Shown here one piece after another: positions 24,796 to 38,156 of a stretch of DNA of 64,000 nucleotides. The first letter of the stretch is position 1, and each line of letters begins with the position of its first letter. Below the pieces are notes generated by a model. It searched no databases. It was not told the origin of the DNA and saw nothing but the letters and a program-made list of their open reading frames with translations. The stretch is from Picochlorum sp. SENEW3. Taxonomy: Eukaryota. The stretch is taken from the NCBI GenBank assembly GCA_034226945.1, contig CP120455.1:744001-808000 (forward strand). Direction: 5' to 3'. Made by a program: the position numbers and the translations under genes.

Positions 24796-26004
24796 ATGAG
24801 ATGGGCTGGAACTGTCTCTCCAAAGAAGCGGGCTCTGCAGTCCTTGCTGGTAGGTCGACAGCTCGGGACCCTTGTCCTAGGGACTCACGCGCATGGAGAG
24901 GTCGATGAGGACACTCTGTGTTCCGTAGAGGCAGCATCGAGATTCAAAGAACCGATTCATCTCCTGGTTGGAGGTGTAGGGTCAAGTGCTGTCCCAGAGA
25001 AGTCTAGAGAGGCACTTGAGGGGAGGGTTTCTTCTGTGATCACAATAGCACAGGATTGCGGACTAGATCACGGACTGGCTGAACCATATGCTGCTCTGCT
25101 CGCATCATTACACAGGAAAAGGGATTATTCCTACATTATTGGCGCTGACAATGCCTTCACTGCGAGTATATTGCCCAGAGCAGCTGCCATGTTGGATGCA
25201 GAGCCAGTCACAGGTGTGATCAACATTCTGGACCAGTCAACATTTGTGAGGCCCGTCTTTGCTGGAAACATAAAGTCAACAGTGAAACATCATGGGCGTG
25301 GTGTTCGGATGTTGAGTATAAGGCCAAGCTCTTTCTTAAGAAGGAGTGATTGTGTGACTGATGTACAGAGGCAGATGGAGCATCATCATTTGACCAAGGA
25401 GGACATGGAAACCTCACTTCTTGACAGCCTGAAAGATGTTTTCACCAATCCACTGTCAACTCATTTGTCTTTTTCAAAAGAAGAAATGGAAGCTGGTGAA
25501 GGTCGTATGCCAGAATTATCTCATGCAAGAATTGTCCTTGCTGGAGGAAGAGCTCTCCAGAACAAGGAGAATTTTGATAGATTGAGACGCTGTGCTGAGA
25601 AACTTGGTGCTGCTGTCGGGGCGACAAGAGCAGCTGTGGATGCAGGTTGGGCCCCAAATGAAATTCAAATCGGTCAAACAGGTAAAATAGTGGCTTCAGA
25701 TACGTATGTGGCGTTTGGAATATCAGGTGCCATCCAGCATGTGGCTGGTATTCGAGACTGCGGCACCATCATTGCCATTAATTCGGATCCAGAGGCCCCA
25801 ATTTTCAAGGTATAGTCTTGTAATACTGTAGAGTGATAGTGGTCTCTTGGCGCTGCTCATTGTACACGTTCTTGTATGGTTTGGGTACACTTGGGAACAT
25901 GTGAACTGATTCTATTAGATACTGTGCAGGTTGCTGATTATGGTCTTGTGGAGGATGTATTCAATGTGCTCGATAAATTAGAACGCTACTGTGATACTCT
26001 TTAA
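24796..26004 (+). CDS. ETFA: Electron transfer flavoprotein alpha subunit, 2 exons
   Basis: [34 protein letters not shown] and [17 protein letters not shown]. Intron 25810-25929. Confidence 0.95.
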
Positions 26005-26363
26005 GGATTACGGATATGAAATCGAGTCGAGGTGCACCATGATGATGAGAGAGGAAGACGCCTGGTGCCAAGCTGATTGACACCTTGTCAAGTGACTGGA
26101 AGAAAGATTCCTTTTTTCCATTTCCATCCAAACATGCCAACAGTCATGCATCGTACCTCGAAATATTGTAATATAAATGTATTTTACATCATAATTGCAT
26201 CATTTGAAGAGACAGAGCCCTCTTCCAGTTTCAAGCCCTTTGCTTTCATGTCGTCGCTACTACAATTCTAGACTGATTCTCATACGGCATGTAAGCGTGC
26301 TGAGCATTTCTTTACACATTCTTTAGCGTATATATAACCTAGATAGTCAGACACTGATCCATT

Positions 26364-27749
26364 ATGAGCGATAGAGAAGTCGGGTATTCCGAGTCAGCGG
26401 GTAATTCGAATGAAAACCTCAGGCAGCCTTTGGACCCCGTATCGGATTGGGTTGAATCGACATTTTCAGGTGATACTCCTGCCGTAAAGACGACAGATGG
26501 AGCGTCTGGAGTGGTTCTGATGGGCGTGCCTCCAGCTCTTCCAAAGAAGAGCAAAAAGGTTGTGAAAAAGGTTACTGTCCCACCCCAAAGGAAGTGGCTC
26601 ATGATGAATACAAAGGGTGAAACTGAGATGGTTACGCTGAACAAGAATGAGTTGACGCAGACGATTGGGATTCAGTTGAGAGATTTGAGGCTGCTGGATC
26701 CATCATTGGTGACAAGTTATCCATCAGCCATCTTGTGTCGAGAGAAATCCTTGGTCGTTAATCTTGAATATGTGAAGATGATCATCGGGTTGGACAAGTG
26801 TTATATAACAAATTTAGAAGATGAGAATGCACAGGAATTCGTGTCTGAACTCAAAAGGAGACTGGAATACATATCCAAAGGACTCCTACCCTCAAAGAGC
26901 GCCATGGATTTGCAGATGGTTGAAAGGGAAGGAGACTCAAAAAGAGATTCTTCCAACGCTTTTGAAGACTTGCCTTTTGAACTGCGAGTCGTGGAAACAG
27001 CATTAGATCTTGTTTTGAAGTACATGGAAGCTCTGACATCAGATTTAGAGGCAGCAGCCCATCCAGCCTTGGATGCATTGACGTCCAAAGTTTCCACAGG
27101 AAATTTAGAGAGGGTTCGCCGAGTCAAAAACAGAATGGTTCGTCTGACCACTCGTGTCGAAACCCTGAGGGAAGTTTTGGAGAAATTTTTGGATGATGAT
27201 AGTGACATGAGAGATATGAATCTATCTGCACGAGAAGCCAGGGAAGCTCAAGAAAAACTCTTGGACGCCATAAAACATGGACATTCAGGAAGCCAAGCAT
27301 TAGATATTCCCATGCAGAGTCCAGATCTCAAGCCTCCAGAAACTCCTCATTCCACCCTCACATATGATTCAGATGAGGAGGAAGAGGAGGCCATTGAAGT
27401 CGTAGAACAGCTGCTTGAGACATACTTTATGCAAGCAGACAATACATGGAATAAATTACAAACGCTTACGGAGTATATTGATGACACAGAAGATTACGTG
27501 AACATTCAGCTGGATTCTCAGAGAAATCAACTCATCAGGCTAGACCTCATCCTCACATGCCTCAGTGCTTCTGTAGCCCTCATCACAGCAGTGACGAGTT
27601 TGTTCGCCATGAATGTTAAGCTCGCGCCTAATTTGGACTCGGATGGCCCATACTCGTGGTTTGTCATCATCTCGTGCTGCTCAGGTGGAGCAGCCATAGC
27701 CCTCTTCACGGGTGTCATGATCTATTCACGATACAAGAGATTGATATGA
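26364..27749 (+). CDS. MRS2/CorA-family magnesium transporter
   Basis: RDLRLLDP, LPFELRVVE, IDDTEDYVNIQLDSQRNQL and two C-terminal TM helices; signature reads FAMN rather than FGMN. Confidence 0.93.
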   Translation: MSDREVGYSESAGNSNENLRQPLDPVSDWVESTFSGDTPAVKTTDGASGVVLMGVPPALPKKSKKVVKKVTVPPQRKWLMMNTKGETEMVTLNKNELTQTIGIQLRDLRLLDPSLVTSYPSAILCREKSLVVNLEYVKMIIGLDKCYITNLEDENAQEFVSELKRRLEYISKGLLPSKSAMDLQMVEREGDSKRDSSNAFEDLPFELRVVETALDLVLKYMEALTSDLEAAAHPALDALTSKVSTGNLERVRRVKNRMVRLTTRVETLREVLEKFLDDDSDMRDMNLSAREAREAQEKLLDAIKHGHSGSQALDIPMQSPDLKPPETPHSTLTYDSDEEEEEAIEVVEQLLETYFMQADNTWNKLQTLTEYIDDTEDYVNIQLDSQRNQLIRLDLILTCLSASVALITAVTSLFAMNVKLAPNLDSDGPYSWFVIISCCSGGAAIALFTGVMIYSRYKRLI

Positions 27750-27825
27750 TAATTATTATATATAATATATATACAGCAATGACTCACCCACCAAGTACCT
27801 CGCATGTATACTACTTCTACTCCTC

Positions 27826-28375
27826 TTACTCCTCCTCTTCCTTGCCTGCTGATGCTGATGCTGATGTAGATGATGATCCAAGTCTCCCCAACACCCCATT
27901 CTGCATCTTTTTCCAAGGGATCACATGAAACAACAGATACCTTAAAGGCCCAGGCAACCCATTATACCGCAACCACATGGGCAAAAACCTCAGAAACGTC
28001 ACCACAGTCATCTTCCTATTCAACTCCTCTTCACTCACCACAGTCAACCGTTCCCATTCTTTGTAATACTCTGCCTCGATCTTCTGTCGACTCCTACACC
28101 GCAATATATATATATGCATAGTATGCATCCATCCATGCGTCCAAAAAAAATAATAAAATCCATCACACGCACTTTATTTTGGACACAATCTTTCCATCGT
28201 CATTCTCGCTACTCGCAGGATGATTACTACTACTGCTTCTAATCTTACTATTACTACGATATGCACCGCTGATCATTGAATCCAGACCACACCGACCTGT
28301 CCATGAATGCGGCATACAAGCCCCAGAACGACGATATCGTCCTTCTGGCGCCGCCAATCTCACACATTCAACCAT
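27826..28375 (-). CDS. Hypothetical protein, 2 exons
   Basis: Canonical 79-bp intron 28094-28172 (GTGCGT..GTGTAG) joins two ORFs in frame. No family recognised. Confidence 0.5.
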
Positions 28376-28393
28376 ATTTACCCTCTAAATTAC

Positions 28394-29212
28394 TTATTTT
28401 AAAACAATACAATGATTGTCACCAGAAGCCTGACACTCCTTTGACGAGACAGCAATGCCACCATTTCCTTTTTCCGTTGGCATTACATCATCATCGCAAT
28501 CACTCGGATACTCGACATGATCACCCCTTATAAGGGGATCCCCTGTAATTACAGCAGGGCTCATGGCAGATGGACACGCCACCAGGTAGGCTACCATCTC
28601 AGACAAACTCTTATTCTCTCGCGCCAATCTATCATTCTCTCGCTTCAACTCTGACTTCTCTTCTACAAGCCTTTCAATCTGATGCCTCGTCTGCTCATCA
28701 ATCCGATCCGCCTTCAACTCTTCATTCTCACGCGCAAGCTCCCTCATCTGCTTCTCCAGCCTGCTCTTCTCTTTCCACCATGATGATGATGCCCTCCCAT
28801 CACCATCATCGTTGTCATCATCTATAGAAAAGTCTCCCCACTCTTCCAGCACATCACAACCCTGACTCGAACTCGCAGAGCATTGACTCGAACTCACAGG
28901 AGACATGCCTGGTGCACCCCGACCACACCCAACATGAATGTTCTCAGGAGTACCACACCCAACATGAATGTTCTCAGGAGTACCACACCCAACATTAATG
29001 TTCTCAGGAGTACCACACCCTTGCTCTCCCCGAAGCCCACCACCCTTTCCTTTGCTACTACTACCATCCATCTGCCATTCTTCAAATGCATGCCCAATCG
29101 TATCATCCAACGTCGTCGCAACATCTTCGACGAATTGCCCCACTCGTTTGGTAATTCCAAACAACCCAAAACTGGGTCCACTAGCATCCAATCGCAATGA
29201 ATATGCTGACAT
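28394..29212 (-). CDS. Hypothetical coiled-coil protein with internal decapeptide repeat
   Basis: Long ORF with heptad-rich region (QIERLVEEKSELKRENDRLARENKSLSEMV); likely ATG at 29212. Confidence 0.65.
   Translation of the reverse strand: MSAYSLRLDASGPSFGLFGITKRVGQFVEDVATTLDDTIGHAFEEWQMDGSSSKGKGGGLRGEQGCGTPENINVGCGTPENIHVGCGTPENIHVGCGRGAPGMSPVSSSQCSASSSQGCDVLEEWGDFSIDDDNDDGDGRASSSWWKEKSRLEKQMRELARENEELKADRIDEQTRHQIERLVEEKSELKRENDRLARENKSLSEMVAYLVACPSAMSPAVITGDPLIRGDHVEYPSDCDDDVMPTEKGNGGIAVSSKECQASGDNHCIVLK
28922..29020. repeat. 30-bp coding tandem repeat, ~3.3 copies
   Basis: Unit accacacccaacatgaatgttctcaggagt with one substitution in the third copy; encodes GCGTPENI(H/N)V on the minus strand. 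Confidence 0.95.
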
Positions 29213-29416
29213 ATTGAATATAGTAGTACTAACAAGAAAGCGAAAACAATGTCTGTTGATACCATACATATGGAACCAATCCCGATTGTTATTCTCTCTC
29301 TCTTTATTGCAAATTTTGTCTGGACTGCGGTCAAAGACTGGCTTTGATAGGAAGGTATTCCATACAGAGATTCCTGACAACGACCGGCCAACCACCTCTC
29401 GACATCACCACCGGGT

Positions 29417-30517
29417 ATGGACGATCAACAACAACAACAAAGGGCCTCAGTCCTTTACAGAACGGTACCAAAATATAAATATAGATGTATCACAATGGAC
29501 TCATCAGTATCATGGCACCATGGTGAGGATTGCGACAATGTGCGGGATGTTGCGTATTGGAAGAGAGAAGCGGAAGAAGCTAGACGGAATTTGAAGATAC
29601 TCGAGTATGTGACCAAGATGGATGGGAAGAGTGAAGAGATTTTTCATACGGTGAGGGAATGGTGGAATGAGAGGGAGCAGCGTTTGAGGGAAGAGTACGA
29701 GAAGAAATTACTGGACATGGAAATGGCGTATACGAGGGATGTGGAGATGGCCATGGTGGAGAGGAAGCGAATGGATTCTGCATTGAATTGTATTCGACAT
29801 GTGACGACGAGTTTGAGTCCGTTGGAGGAGATGGACGATGGGTCTACGATTGTTCATCATGTTGTCGCGGATGAGGAGGATTGTGGTGTTGAGAATGTGT
29901 CTGATGGGAGCGTTGTGTATACGAGGGAGGAGGAGGAGGAGAGGGAATGCAAGGTGGGATGTGAGGGGAATAGATGCTCTGTGGTGGAGTATCGAGGGGA
30001 GATTCCGGATGTCTTGACAGAGAACTCGTTGAATAGGATATTGGATAAGCCTCTGTGTGGGGATGAGAAGAGGGCGTTTGAGTCTCCGTCGTGGAAGATT
30101 CCTTCAATTCACACGAGGACAGCGATGATTCCACAGGAGCATGTTGTGGCTCTGGAGAAGAGATTGAAGAGAAGGCAAGAGTGGTCCACACGAGTTGTGC
30201 GTGATGATGATGAGAAGGATGTTGCTGGGGGTGTGCGTGATGATGATGAGAAGAATATTGTTGGTGAGGATGATGCGTTTGTGCGGACAATCAAGGCGTT
30301 GGGTGATTCAAGTCCAAAAACAGCAAATGTTCTCACGCAGCATGTGACCGACTCTTGGGCAGTAAAAAAGTATGGAAAGCATGGCAATGTGAGCAGGCAG
30401 GAAGATGCTTTTGTGCAGAGGAAGAAGAGTACATTCCTTCAAAGGCCTCCGATTCCATTACAACGAATGTTTGAGTCCTCTAGTACACCGTTTTGGATGA
30501 ATGCGACAGTATTGTAA
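29417..30517 (+). CDS. Hypothetical coiled-coil/acidic protein
   Basis: 366-aa purine-rich ORF with a short duplication (VRDDDEK x2, ~30197-30253). No family recognised. Confidence 0.6.
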   Translation: MDDQQQQQRASVLYRTVPKYKYRCITMDSSVSWHHGEDCDNVRDVAYWKREAEEARRNLKILEYVTKMDGKSEEIFHTVREWWNEREQRLREEYEKKLLDMEMAYTRDVEMAMVERKRMDSALNCIRHVTTSLSPLEEMDDGSTIVHHVVADEEDCGVENVSDGSVVYTREEEEERECKVGCEGNRCSVVEYRGEIPDVLTENSLNRILDKPLCGDEKRAFESPSWKIPSIHTRTAMIPQEHVVALEKRLKRRQEWSTRVVRDDDEKDVAGGVRDDDEKNIVGEDDAFVRTIKALGDSSPKTANVLTQHVTDSWAVKKYGKHGNVSRQEDAFVQRKKSTFLQRPPIPLQRMFESSSTPFWMNATVL

Positions 30518-30534
30518 CATGTAAAGACGTGTAA
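30513..30534 (+). promoter_or_regulatory. Three tandem TGTAA chlorophyte-type polyadenylation signals
   Basis: TGTAA at 30513, 30520 and 30530, overlapping and following the stop codon of the 29417-30517 ORF. Confidence 0.5.
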
Positions 30535-30539
30535 ATAGA

Positions 30540-33500
30540 TTACCACCATGGACACCATCCAATATACGATTGGCATAAATTCTCATGTGATGTGGCCTGA
30601 TCAATGAGTCTGCGCACTTGTCGTTTCACAGAATCATTCTCTCCGGAATACCCCTCTGGAAGGAAGTCACGGCCTGTGAGTTTATCACTCATTCTCTTCA
30701 TGACTGCCACTGCTCTGTCATTCAGAGCTTCACTTGGATCTCCTTGGATACCATAAGCTAGAAGAACTTGCTCTCGAGTCAGATCTCTTCTGGGGAGCGA
30801 TGCTGCTGCACCTTCAGGAATGTCTTGAATAGGTTGTTTGTCTGCTTGTTCAGGATGGGTTTCACCAACATCGGCATTCAACAGTCTCCAATTGATCAAT
30901 GGATCGTGCACAAATGCTTCGAGCATAGCCATGACAGAATCTTTGTTGGATCGTAATACTCGCATGACCTCATCACAGGTGGCCCGGAAATTGCCTTCAA
31001 TACCAGCAACTTCCATGGCTTTGACCATCATTCGAGTGAGCCTGAAGGGAACTCTCTCTGGGAATTTCTCACGATGCATGCTTGCCTCGAAGCAGTCACC
31101 AAAATCAATGTGGAGAAGTTTTCCAGAATATCGATCCAACATCAGATTAGATGGATGCCGATCTCCCAAGCCTAGGATATACCCAACCATGCTCATGACT
31201 GCTGTGGATCGAGTGTAATTGGTCCTTTTATCCAGCCATGTCTCTGAGGACCTTGATTTGAGCCACAGAACTTTGTTTAGGTCGTCTCCAGATGTTGAGT
31301 CTAAGGCATGTTCGAAAACTTCCACCTTCTGTATGACTGTGAGGTGATCAAAGTCTGGTGCCATTCCAAGCATGAGCCGATGCTCAACATTCAAAGGTAT
31401 CTTTCTGGCATCCCTATATTCCCTAATCAGTGCATGCAATGTGTCAGTATTTGGCACCCATCCAATTAACCCAGAATTGGGAGAAAGAGGAATGACAGCA
31501 TATCGAGCAATAGATAGCTCTCGTTCAGCCGTGTCTCTGTCATTGCCAAGCATGGAATTGACCAGACCAAAGAGCTGCATAACTCTTTCATCCTGTCTAA
31601 GATCCTCATGTCCCTTTAACAAAAAGACATATTCAGCTCCATCTGATCCATATATGGACAGTTTTCTCGGTCTTTGTTTGGATGTGATGACAGTCAACTG
31701 CGGAGCAAATGATGCAATTGTCACCAAAGGTTCATCCACAATATATGTTCCTGGAACGGCAAGCTCCAGATTTTCTGCTTTGACCAGAGCAGGGGCTACA
31801 TATTGTATCTCAAGAGTCGTCAGTGCGGGAAGCTGCTTATTGATTCGTTTGAAGACATGGTAGTACAAATCCCATGCTTGATGCAACTCAGCTTCCTTCC
31901 TGGATGCTTTGTATTTCAGACACCATTCGTGGGCTTCATCTAGCTCCCTTCCGTATGCTTGAACAAATGCTATTTCTTTCAATGTAGTTGGACCTTGTTT
32001 TTTCATCATTTCATGGAGAGGAAGAAGGGTATTGAGCATGCCTTCTACGTTTGATTCCCCAAAGTACAATCTGGAGGCTTCTTCGAGAGCTTCGTGCCAC
32101 ATTTCATGCCACAGAATAGCCATTCGGATTAATTCACTGCCAACTAGTTGCGCTTGCTCCACCAAAGTAGCCGAATGCTGTCTGACTGCTTCTACTACAG
32201 CTGTTGCTGCAGCTCTACGGGATGGACTCTGACTTTTGCATGCCACAAGCAATGGGTACATCAGTGCTTGAGGATGATGTCTTCCCACTCGAATCAGGAG
32301 CGACTGTATCATATCCCTAACAGCTTCAGAATTTGTATGGATTCTTGCAATTATTTGAGGTATGACAGCAAGCCATGTATCATTGCGAACATGCCCGAAA
32401 CCTTCTCTCAATGCTGCTTCTACGTCAGCAGCATCTCCATGAGCAAACCAAAGAGTCAAAAGCCGTAGAATATCTTGAAGATTTGAGGATCCTGAGACAG
32501 GGCCAGAGAGTTGATCACTCTCCCGCTCTTGTGCAAGCTCAATAGACTTGAAAAATCCAGTAACTGCAGGCGCGACAAATGTCCTACCAGTCTCAAAATG
32601 GCCTGATGAGTTGTAAAATATCATCGCTTCCACATTGAAGTACGCCCATTGATGCCAAGCCTTACCCCAATTTGGAGCACAATCCTTAGCGAAACTCATG
32701 GACGACAATGTTGAAGCTATCAAACCTTCAGTAATCACATCTGCCATCTGCCTACGCCACAAGGCTTCCTTCAGGTGGACCTTTCCGCACAAAAGCATTC
32801 TTTCATCCACCTCTGGTCTACTTCTTCTTTCAGATACAAGCTCACTGTGCGTTGACCATTCCTCTAAATCTATAGCTAGCTGCTGCAGGTGGCCAAATGC
32901 TTCCTGCCTATTGCCATCTGCCCACATGTGTTTGCACCAAACATAGAGCACGTCAATCTCTCTATTTTCAGGTGATAAATATGCAAGGTCCCTCAGCTCT
33001 GAATCTCTTTTTACTGCAACAAGCAATCTTTGTAGAATTCTTTTACTTTGTTTGAGACGACCTGCGCCTCTGCAAAGTCCAGAGAATTTCAACCACGTGT
33101 TGACATCTTCCTCCAAGCCAAGCATCAAGCTGCGAACACTGAGAACAGCTTGCCAGACTTCCACATTGTATTGTACACCTCGAAGCCTGCCTTTCCACAT
33201 TCGTTTCGTATGATCTCGAACTTCTCGGGCAAAGTCACTGTATTCTGCAGATGGCATTAAGAGTCAGCAAAATCATCTAATACAGAAATATGCAAGGAAA
33301 ACGTACTCTTTGTTGCTCTTTCTGCTGCTTTGACAACCAGAATTTCCTCCAATTCGGTCAGCTGCTGGACACGGACCATATCAGAATAAGCCCTCTCATA
33401 ACTTTCTCCTACTAGTGCGGACATGTCTGCACCAAGCAACTCTCTTGCTCGCTCTGTTGATTCAGCAGCAGATTCCAAATCACCTCTATGAACATCTAGA

Positions 33501-36500
33501 ACTGCACTAAGGAATGCTCCTTCGGCTCCCCCACCACTGTGACTCGAAATGAAATCCACATAACTTTTCATTTGGCCCCAGTCCCCTAGTTGCCAAGCCG
33601 CATGGGCGGCAACAGGAGCCATACTCCTTCTTGCTGGCGGCTCAACCCGCGTCCATTCATTTTTGCATACGTTAAAAAGCGTGTCCCATTCAGCAAGTGC
33701 TGCTAGACACCTGCACTGCCCAAGAAGAGCCTCAGCATGTGGCTGAGAGCCTGGTTTTGTATGGTCAACTTTAATCTGGTATGCTTTCAATGCATCATCC
33801 CATCTTTGCAGTTTTTCGTACCAACTCTCCTTCAGAGCCATGGATAGCTTATTTTGAGCTAGATCTAAAACCCCCACTGCAGCATCTGGCTGTCGAAGCT
33901 GATTATTAATGGAGATGAGGGCCTCAACTGCTGTCTGCGGTGAGGTTTGGAACTCGAGCTCCTTATAGTGCAAAGCTTTAGCATATGCATGACACTTCTC
34001 TGCCAAGGCACCAAGCGTTCTGGTGTCCAAGGGTAAAGCTTTCTCATCATGCTCCATAAACTCGGCCAAATTGAGGAGAGTTGTGACTATATCTGGCGGT
34101 ATCGTAGGTGACGCAAGGGCAGCCTCCAAACTACGAACTAATTGCTCTTGCATTCCGCTGTCTAATTCTGACCAACAAGAGACAAATCCTGCAGCAAAGA
34201 GCTCTCTTGCCATGACTGGATTTGCCTGGGCGAGAGAAGAACAAGCTCTTAGGGCTCTAGATGGGCTCTGCTTCAGGAGCTCAATCGAGAAATTCCTCAT
34301 CCACTCGGCCCAATCCTCTCTTGTACTTCTTTGACTACTTTCCCAGGCTCGTCTTAATGCCAAAAGGCCTTGTTCACTATGAACGCCACCTTGTGCTTCG
34401 TCGTCTGCTGACAATGCCACCCCAGATAACGCCTGCTCTAAAGTCATCTTATTAGACTTGAGATCCTTCGTATTTCCCAGGTGTTCCGGGCCAAGGAAAG
34501 CAGGACTCGACTCCCAGTCATCTGCTTCGGATGTGCAAGGAGGCTCACTTGTTGACAATTTGGCGGCAATTTTTGAAAATGCAGCATGGTGTGGAATTTT
34601 ATTTCTTGCAATGGCCTTCTTGATTGCTGGAATGAACAGAGCAAAGTCTTCTCCAATGGCTAATGCAATGGAGCAGATAACATTCAGAGCAAGACCCCTT
34701 AAATCTTCTGAAGGACCATTGAGAATCCTGATCAATGGATGCAAAATGGATGCAGAATGCGAAGACAGCTGCATTGTTGGAAGCAGTGCCTGAAGTGAAG
34801 ATAGAATCTCTTCTTTTATCTCCAAAGGAGCTTCTGAGTCTCCCTTTGGCCCCAAAACTTGGAATATTGAGGGGAGCAGCAATGGTAAGGATTCCTCCAA
34901 AACTGGACCGAGTGAACACAGTGTCTCCATCGCAGCACCAACTAAAGAATAATCCTCAGTCCTATCTGCCTCATCAAGTAGTGAGATGAATTTGGGTAGC
35001 AGGTCCACCATATGAACCTTGAAGTCTTCTCTCAGTGTGACTGCACAAACAATGGATGACATGAGTGATGAGAATGAAAAAATGATTTTTCGAAGTTTTC
35101 TGACAGAATAGATCCTCACCTGCAAGTTCTGAGAGCAAAAACAGAATGTGCGGTGTCAAAATCGATGTCTCGTCGGTCCAAAATGAATCAATGAGAGACA
35201 AAAAGTCCGGCAAAAACTTCTTGATATGCTGCCTCATGAATACAACAAGATCTGCAAGAGCTCTGATCATTTCTATGCGCCTATTTATATCGTCAGCTCT
35301 TCTTGTGATTGAAAGGAGGACCGGCACAACCTTTGAAAGATATGGGACAAATGCTAGCCCCATCGATCTGATGATCCTGAAAAGTGATACCACCGCCCTT
35401 CCGTGCAAGGAAGCCGAGGACGGGTCTCTGAGGAGACGCATAAGGGCATTGATTGCAACTGTAGGATAATAATCCTCTGATGATGTTGCGAGACCAGTCG
35501 ACGGGACAAGTTCTTGATATCCCAACCCATCAGCTAAGCCTGCAACAGGATCAACAGGTCCCACTTGACGATCTGGGTATTGTGGCCTCACACCCTCTCT
35601 TTCAAGTCTCCCTTCCCCATGCAATTCCGCTAAATTTAGCTTATGTGCGTGTGGATCGAGCGCACCAAGGATGCCTAATGTTCGAACAACCTCCCGTCTA
35701 CCAGCTGCATTACTCTCACCAAGCATTTTCAAAAGCATACCCAACAGCTGAGGATAGTCCAAGTATGGACTTACCACGCTGCCCGTGCTTTCAACAATGC
35801 GACCAAGCGTTCTGGTGGCCACAAGTCTTTTTGATTGACTGCTCCCAGCATCTGCAAGTGCATCAATGACAAGAGGGAGTATTGAAGGAACCTCAGAAAT
35901 CAATTCATCACCTGATACTGCTGATAGTTCTCCTAATGTGTCTAATACAGCAATATGTAGGCCATCTTCAGATGTGTTATTCGTCTCGATCGATCCCATG
36001 GGCTTTTGAACATTATCTCTGCCTACTGAAACCACTGCACCCGTTTTGCCCATCATGACTTGTGCAGATGATGACACGGCACTTAGTTTTGTCAACAAAG
36101 CACGCAAAATTACCAGGGTGTAGGGCTGGACTAAACGAGGTGCAGCACGTATTAGGACACAAAGTAATTTAGCACTTTCCTCGCGCTGCTGTGAATCTGG
36201 CGAAGAGTCCATATCCACAATGAGCTGGAGCATATGCCTCCGCAAGGCAGGGCCAACATATGCAGGATTCACTGACAATAGATGGCCTGCTAGTCGTATG
36301 GCTAAGGATCGCACTATCGGAGCTTCATCATTAAATGTAATGAACAGGTTCCTCAAGCATTCTGGCTGAGCAATATGTACATCCAGAGCTGATGAGTTTG
36401 CAAGAGAATCAAAAACAACCCTTCTCACACTTGATGCTGGGTCAATCACAGCTGTCGATAGTAGCCTATTCACTATTGCATCTATTGACCTCTTTTCTGC

Positions 36501-38156
36501 CATTGTAAATGCTGGAGCATCTGTTGTTCCATAGTTTGCATGCCTCTGAGCAATCTGCGATACAGCCAAGGCAGCATCTCGTCGAATGGCTGGATCCTGA
36601 TCTTCCAGGTATGGCATCACGAAATCCTTCACGAAATCCAACAACTGATGTGGGATCAGAGAAAATTCAGCAAACGTTTGAAGTGCTAATCGAATCAATG
36701 CAGAGCCCTGTATATCTCCATTCACTAATCCATTCTGCAACATCTGGACCTTGGCTGGAGATGCGGTGGCAAAAAAGGGTCTGCGAGTCAGCGCAAGTGA
36801 AAGCAAGTCCAACAAAAGTGCCTGAACTTTTGAACGCAAATTTGGTAAAGAGTCCACCGTCATATGAAGGCATGAAACCAAACTAGAACTCAACCCTGTT
36901 GCAACAGCAGGTTCCAATAGTTCTGCCATGTAAGGCTCCCATTCCTCCTTCAAGGCAACACAGAGGACCCCAGCACAGTCCAAAGCCTTTGAGCAATGCC
37001 CTTTCGCACGACCTTTTGTAACAAGACAATCATGTATCTGTGTAGCAATTGGCTTCAGAAAGTTATCCGGTGTCTTCATATGCCCTGCTACGCCGGCCAC
37101 AGCCAATGATGAAATCATTTCAGCCAATGCAGAAAAGCCAGCTCCTTGATCACTAGTTGACAGTAGAACTGACAATAGATGTTGGGTTGATTGCTTCAAA
37201 TATGATCTCACAAACCTTTCCGGCGCAAATGCTGCTAACTTAGGGATAAGTGAGATCACCGCTCGTCGAATCAGCTTCTCCTTGCTCTCCCGAAAGCGGA
37301 GAACTGTGTCGCAAACTTCTCTATACCGTGCCAACATAAACTCCCCAGTATGGCCCAAAAGCTCCCCAAGAACGAGCAGTGAACCATGCACCGTCTCAAT
37401 AGATGTAACTTTTCGCAACCCTCTCTGTGTTTCTTCAAATAACCTATAGTACCATTGAACTCTGTAGCGCGTCTCTCTCTTTTCAATCAACACCAGCGAG
37501 GCTCGTAATGCAGAAACAGCAGCTTCCCGAATATGCTGCTTTGGATCCCTCAAAGGATTCCATATCACCTCGATAAAAGAACGAACATGAACATTAAATA
37601 CAGCCGGGGCAGCAATCGCCAGCTCTTGCAGCACCATAACTCCTGCCAGACGTGATGACTCCTGCCGAGGCCCAGCAAGCCACTGCATCCCAAGCTGCAC
37701 CTGCTCATCCACGACATCCGAAACCCCCACACCTCCTTGAGACACCAAACGCCCCAAAACTTCCGAGGCCATTTGCATCGACCGAACATCTGGATTCGGC
37801 CCGAACGCGTCCATCACAAGCCGAATAAGTTCTGACAGGCGACTCATAGACTCCCCAAACGTCTTTGTCTCTCCCAGCTCATCCAGAGCCACTACCCCAG
37901 CAATCTTCTCATTTATGTCAGAACTTTGTACGAGAGCCTTCACTCGCGCATAAATCTCCGCCACAAAGCGATTCAAGCGCTCACCCTTATACCCTCGACT
38001 CTCGGAGTCGACAAATTCCTTCAGCGTCACATCCTCGCTCCGTTCTACTGCACCAGGCTTGCACATATCCACCAATATACGCGATAGCATATCCGATTTC
38101 ATGATCGGACGGGGTCCCACCGCCTTCAACTGGTGAATTCCAATTGTCGAAGCCAT
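30540..38156 (-). CDS. TOR: Target of rapamycin kinase, at least 3 exons
   Basis: HEAT repeats, FAT, FRB (LWHEMWHEALEEASRLYF), kinase (LLKGHEDLRQDERVMQ, DRHPSN, IDFGD) and FATC (YIGWCPWW). Introns 35041-35119 and 33245-33306; a 9-nt first coding exon from 38262 is possible. Confidence 0.98.

Noticed and set aside
28922..29020. 30-bp repeats as a CRISPR array
   Set aside because: No spacers, inside a eukaryotic coding frame, and no cas genes.
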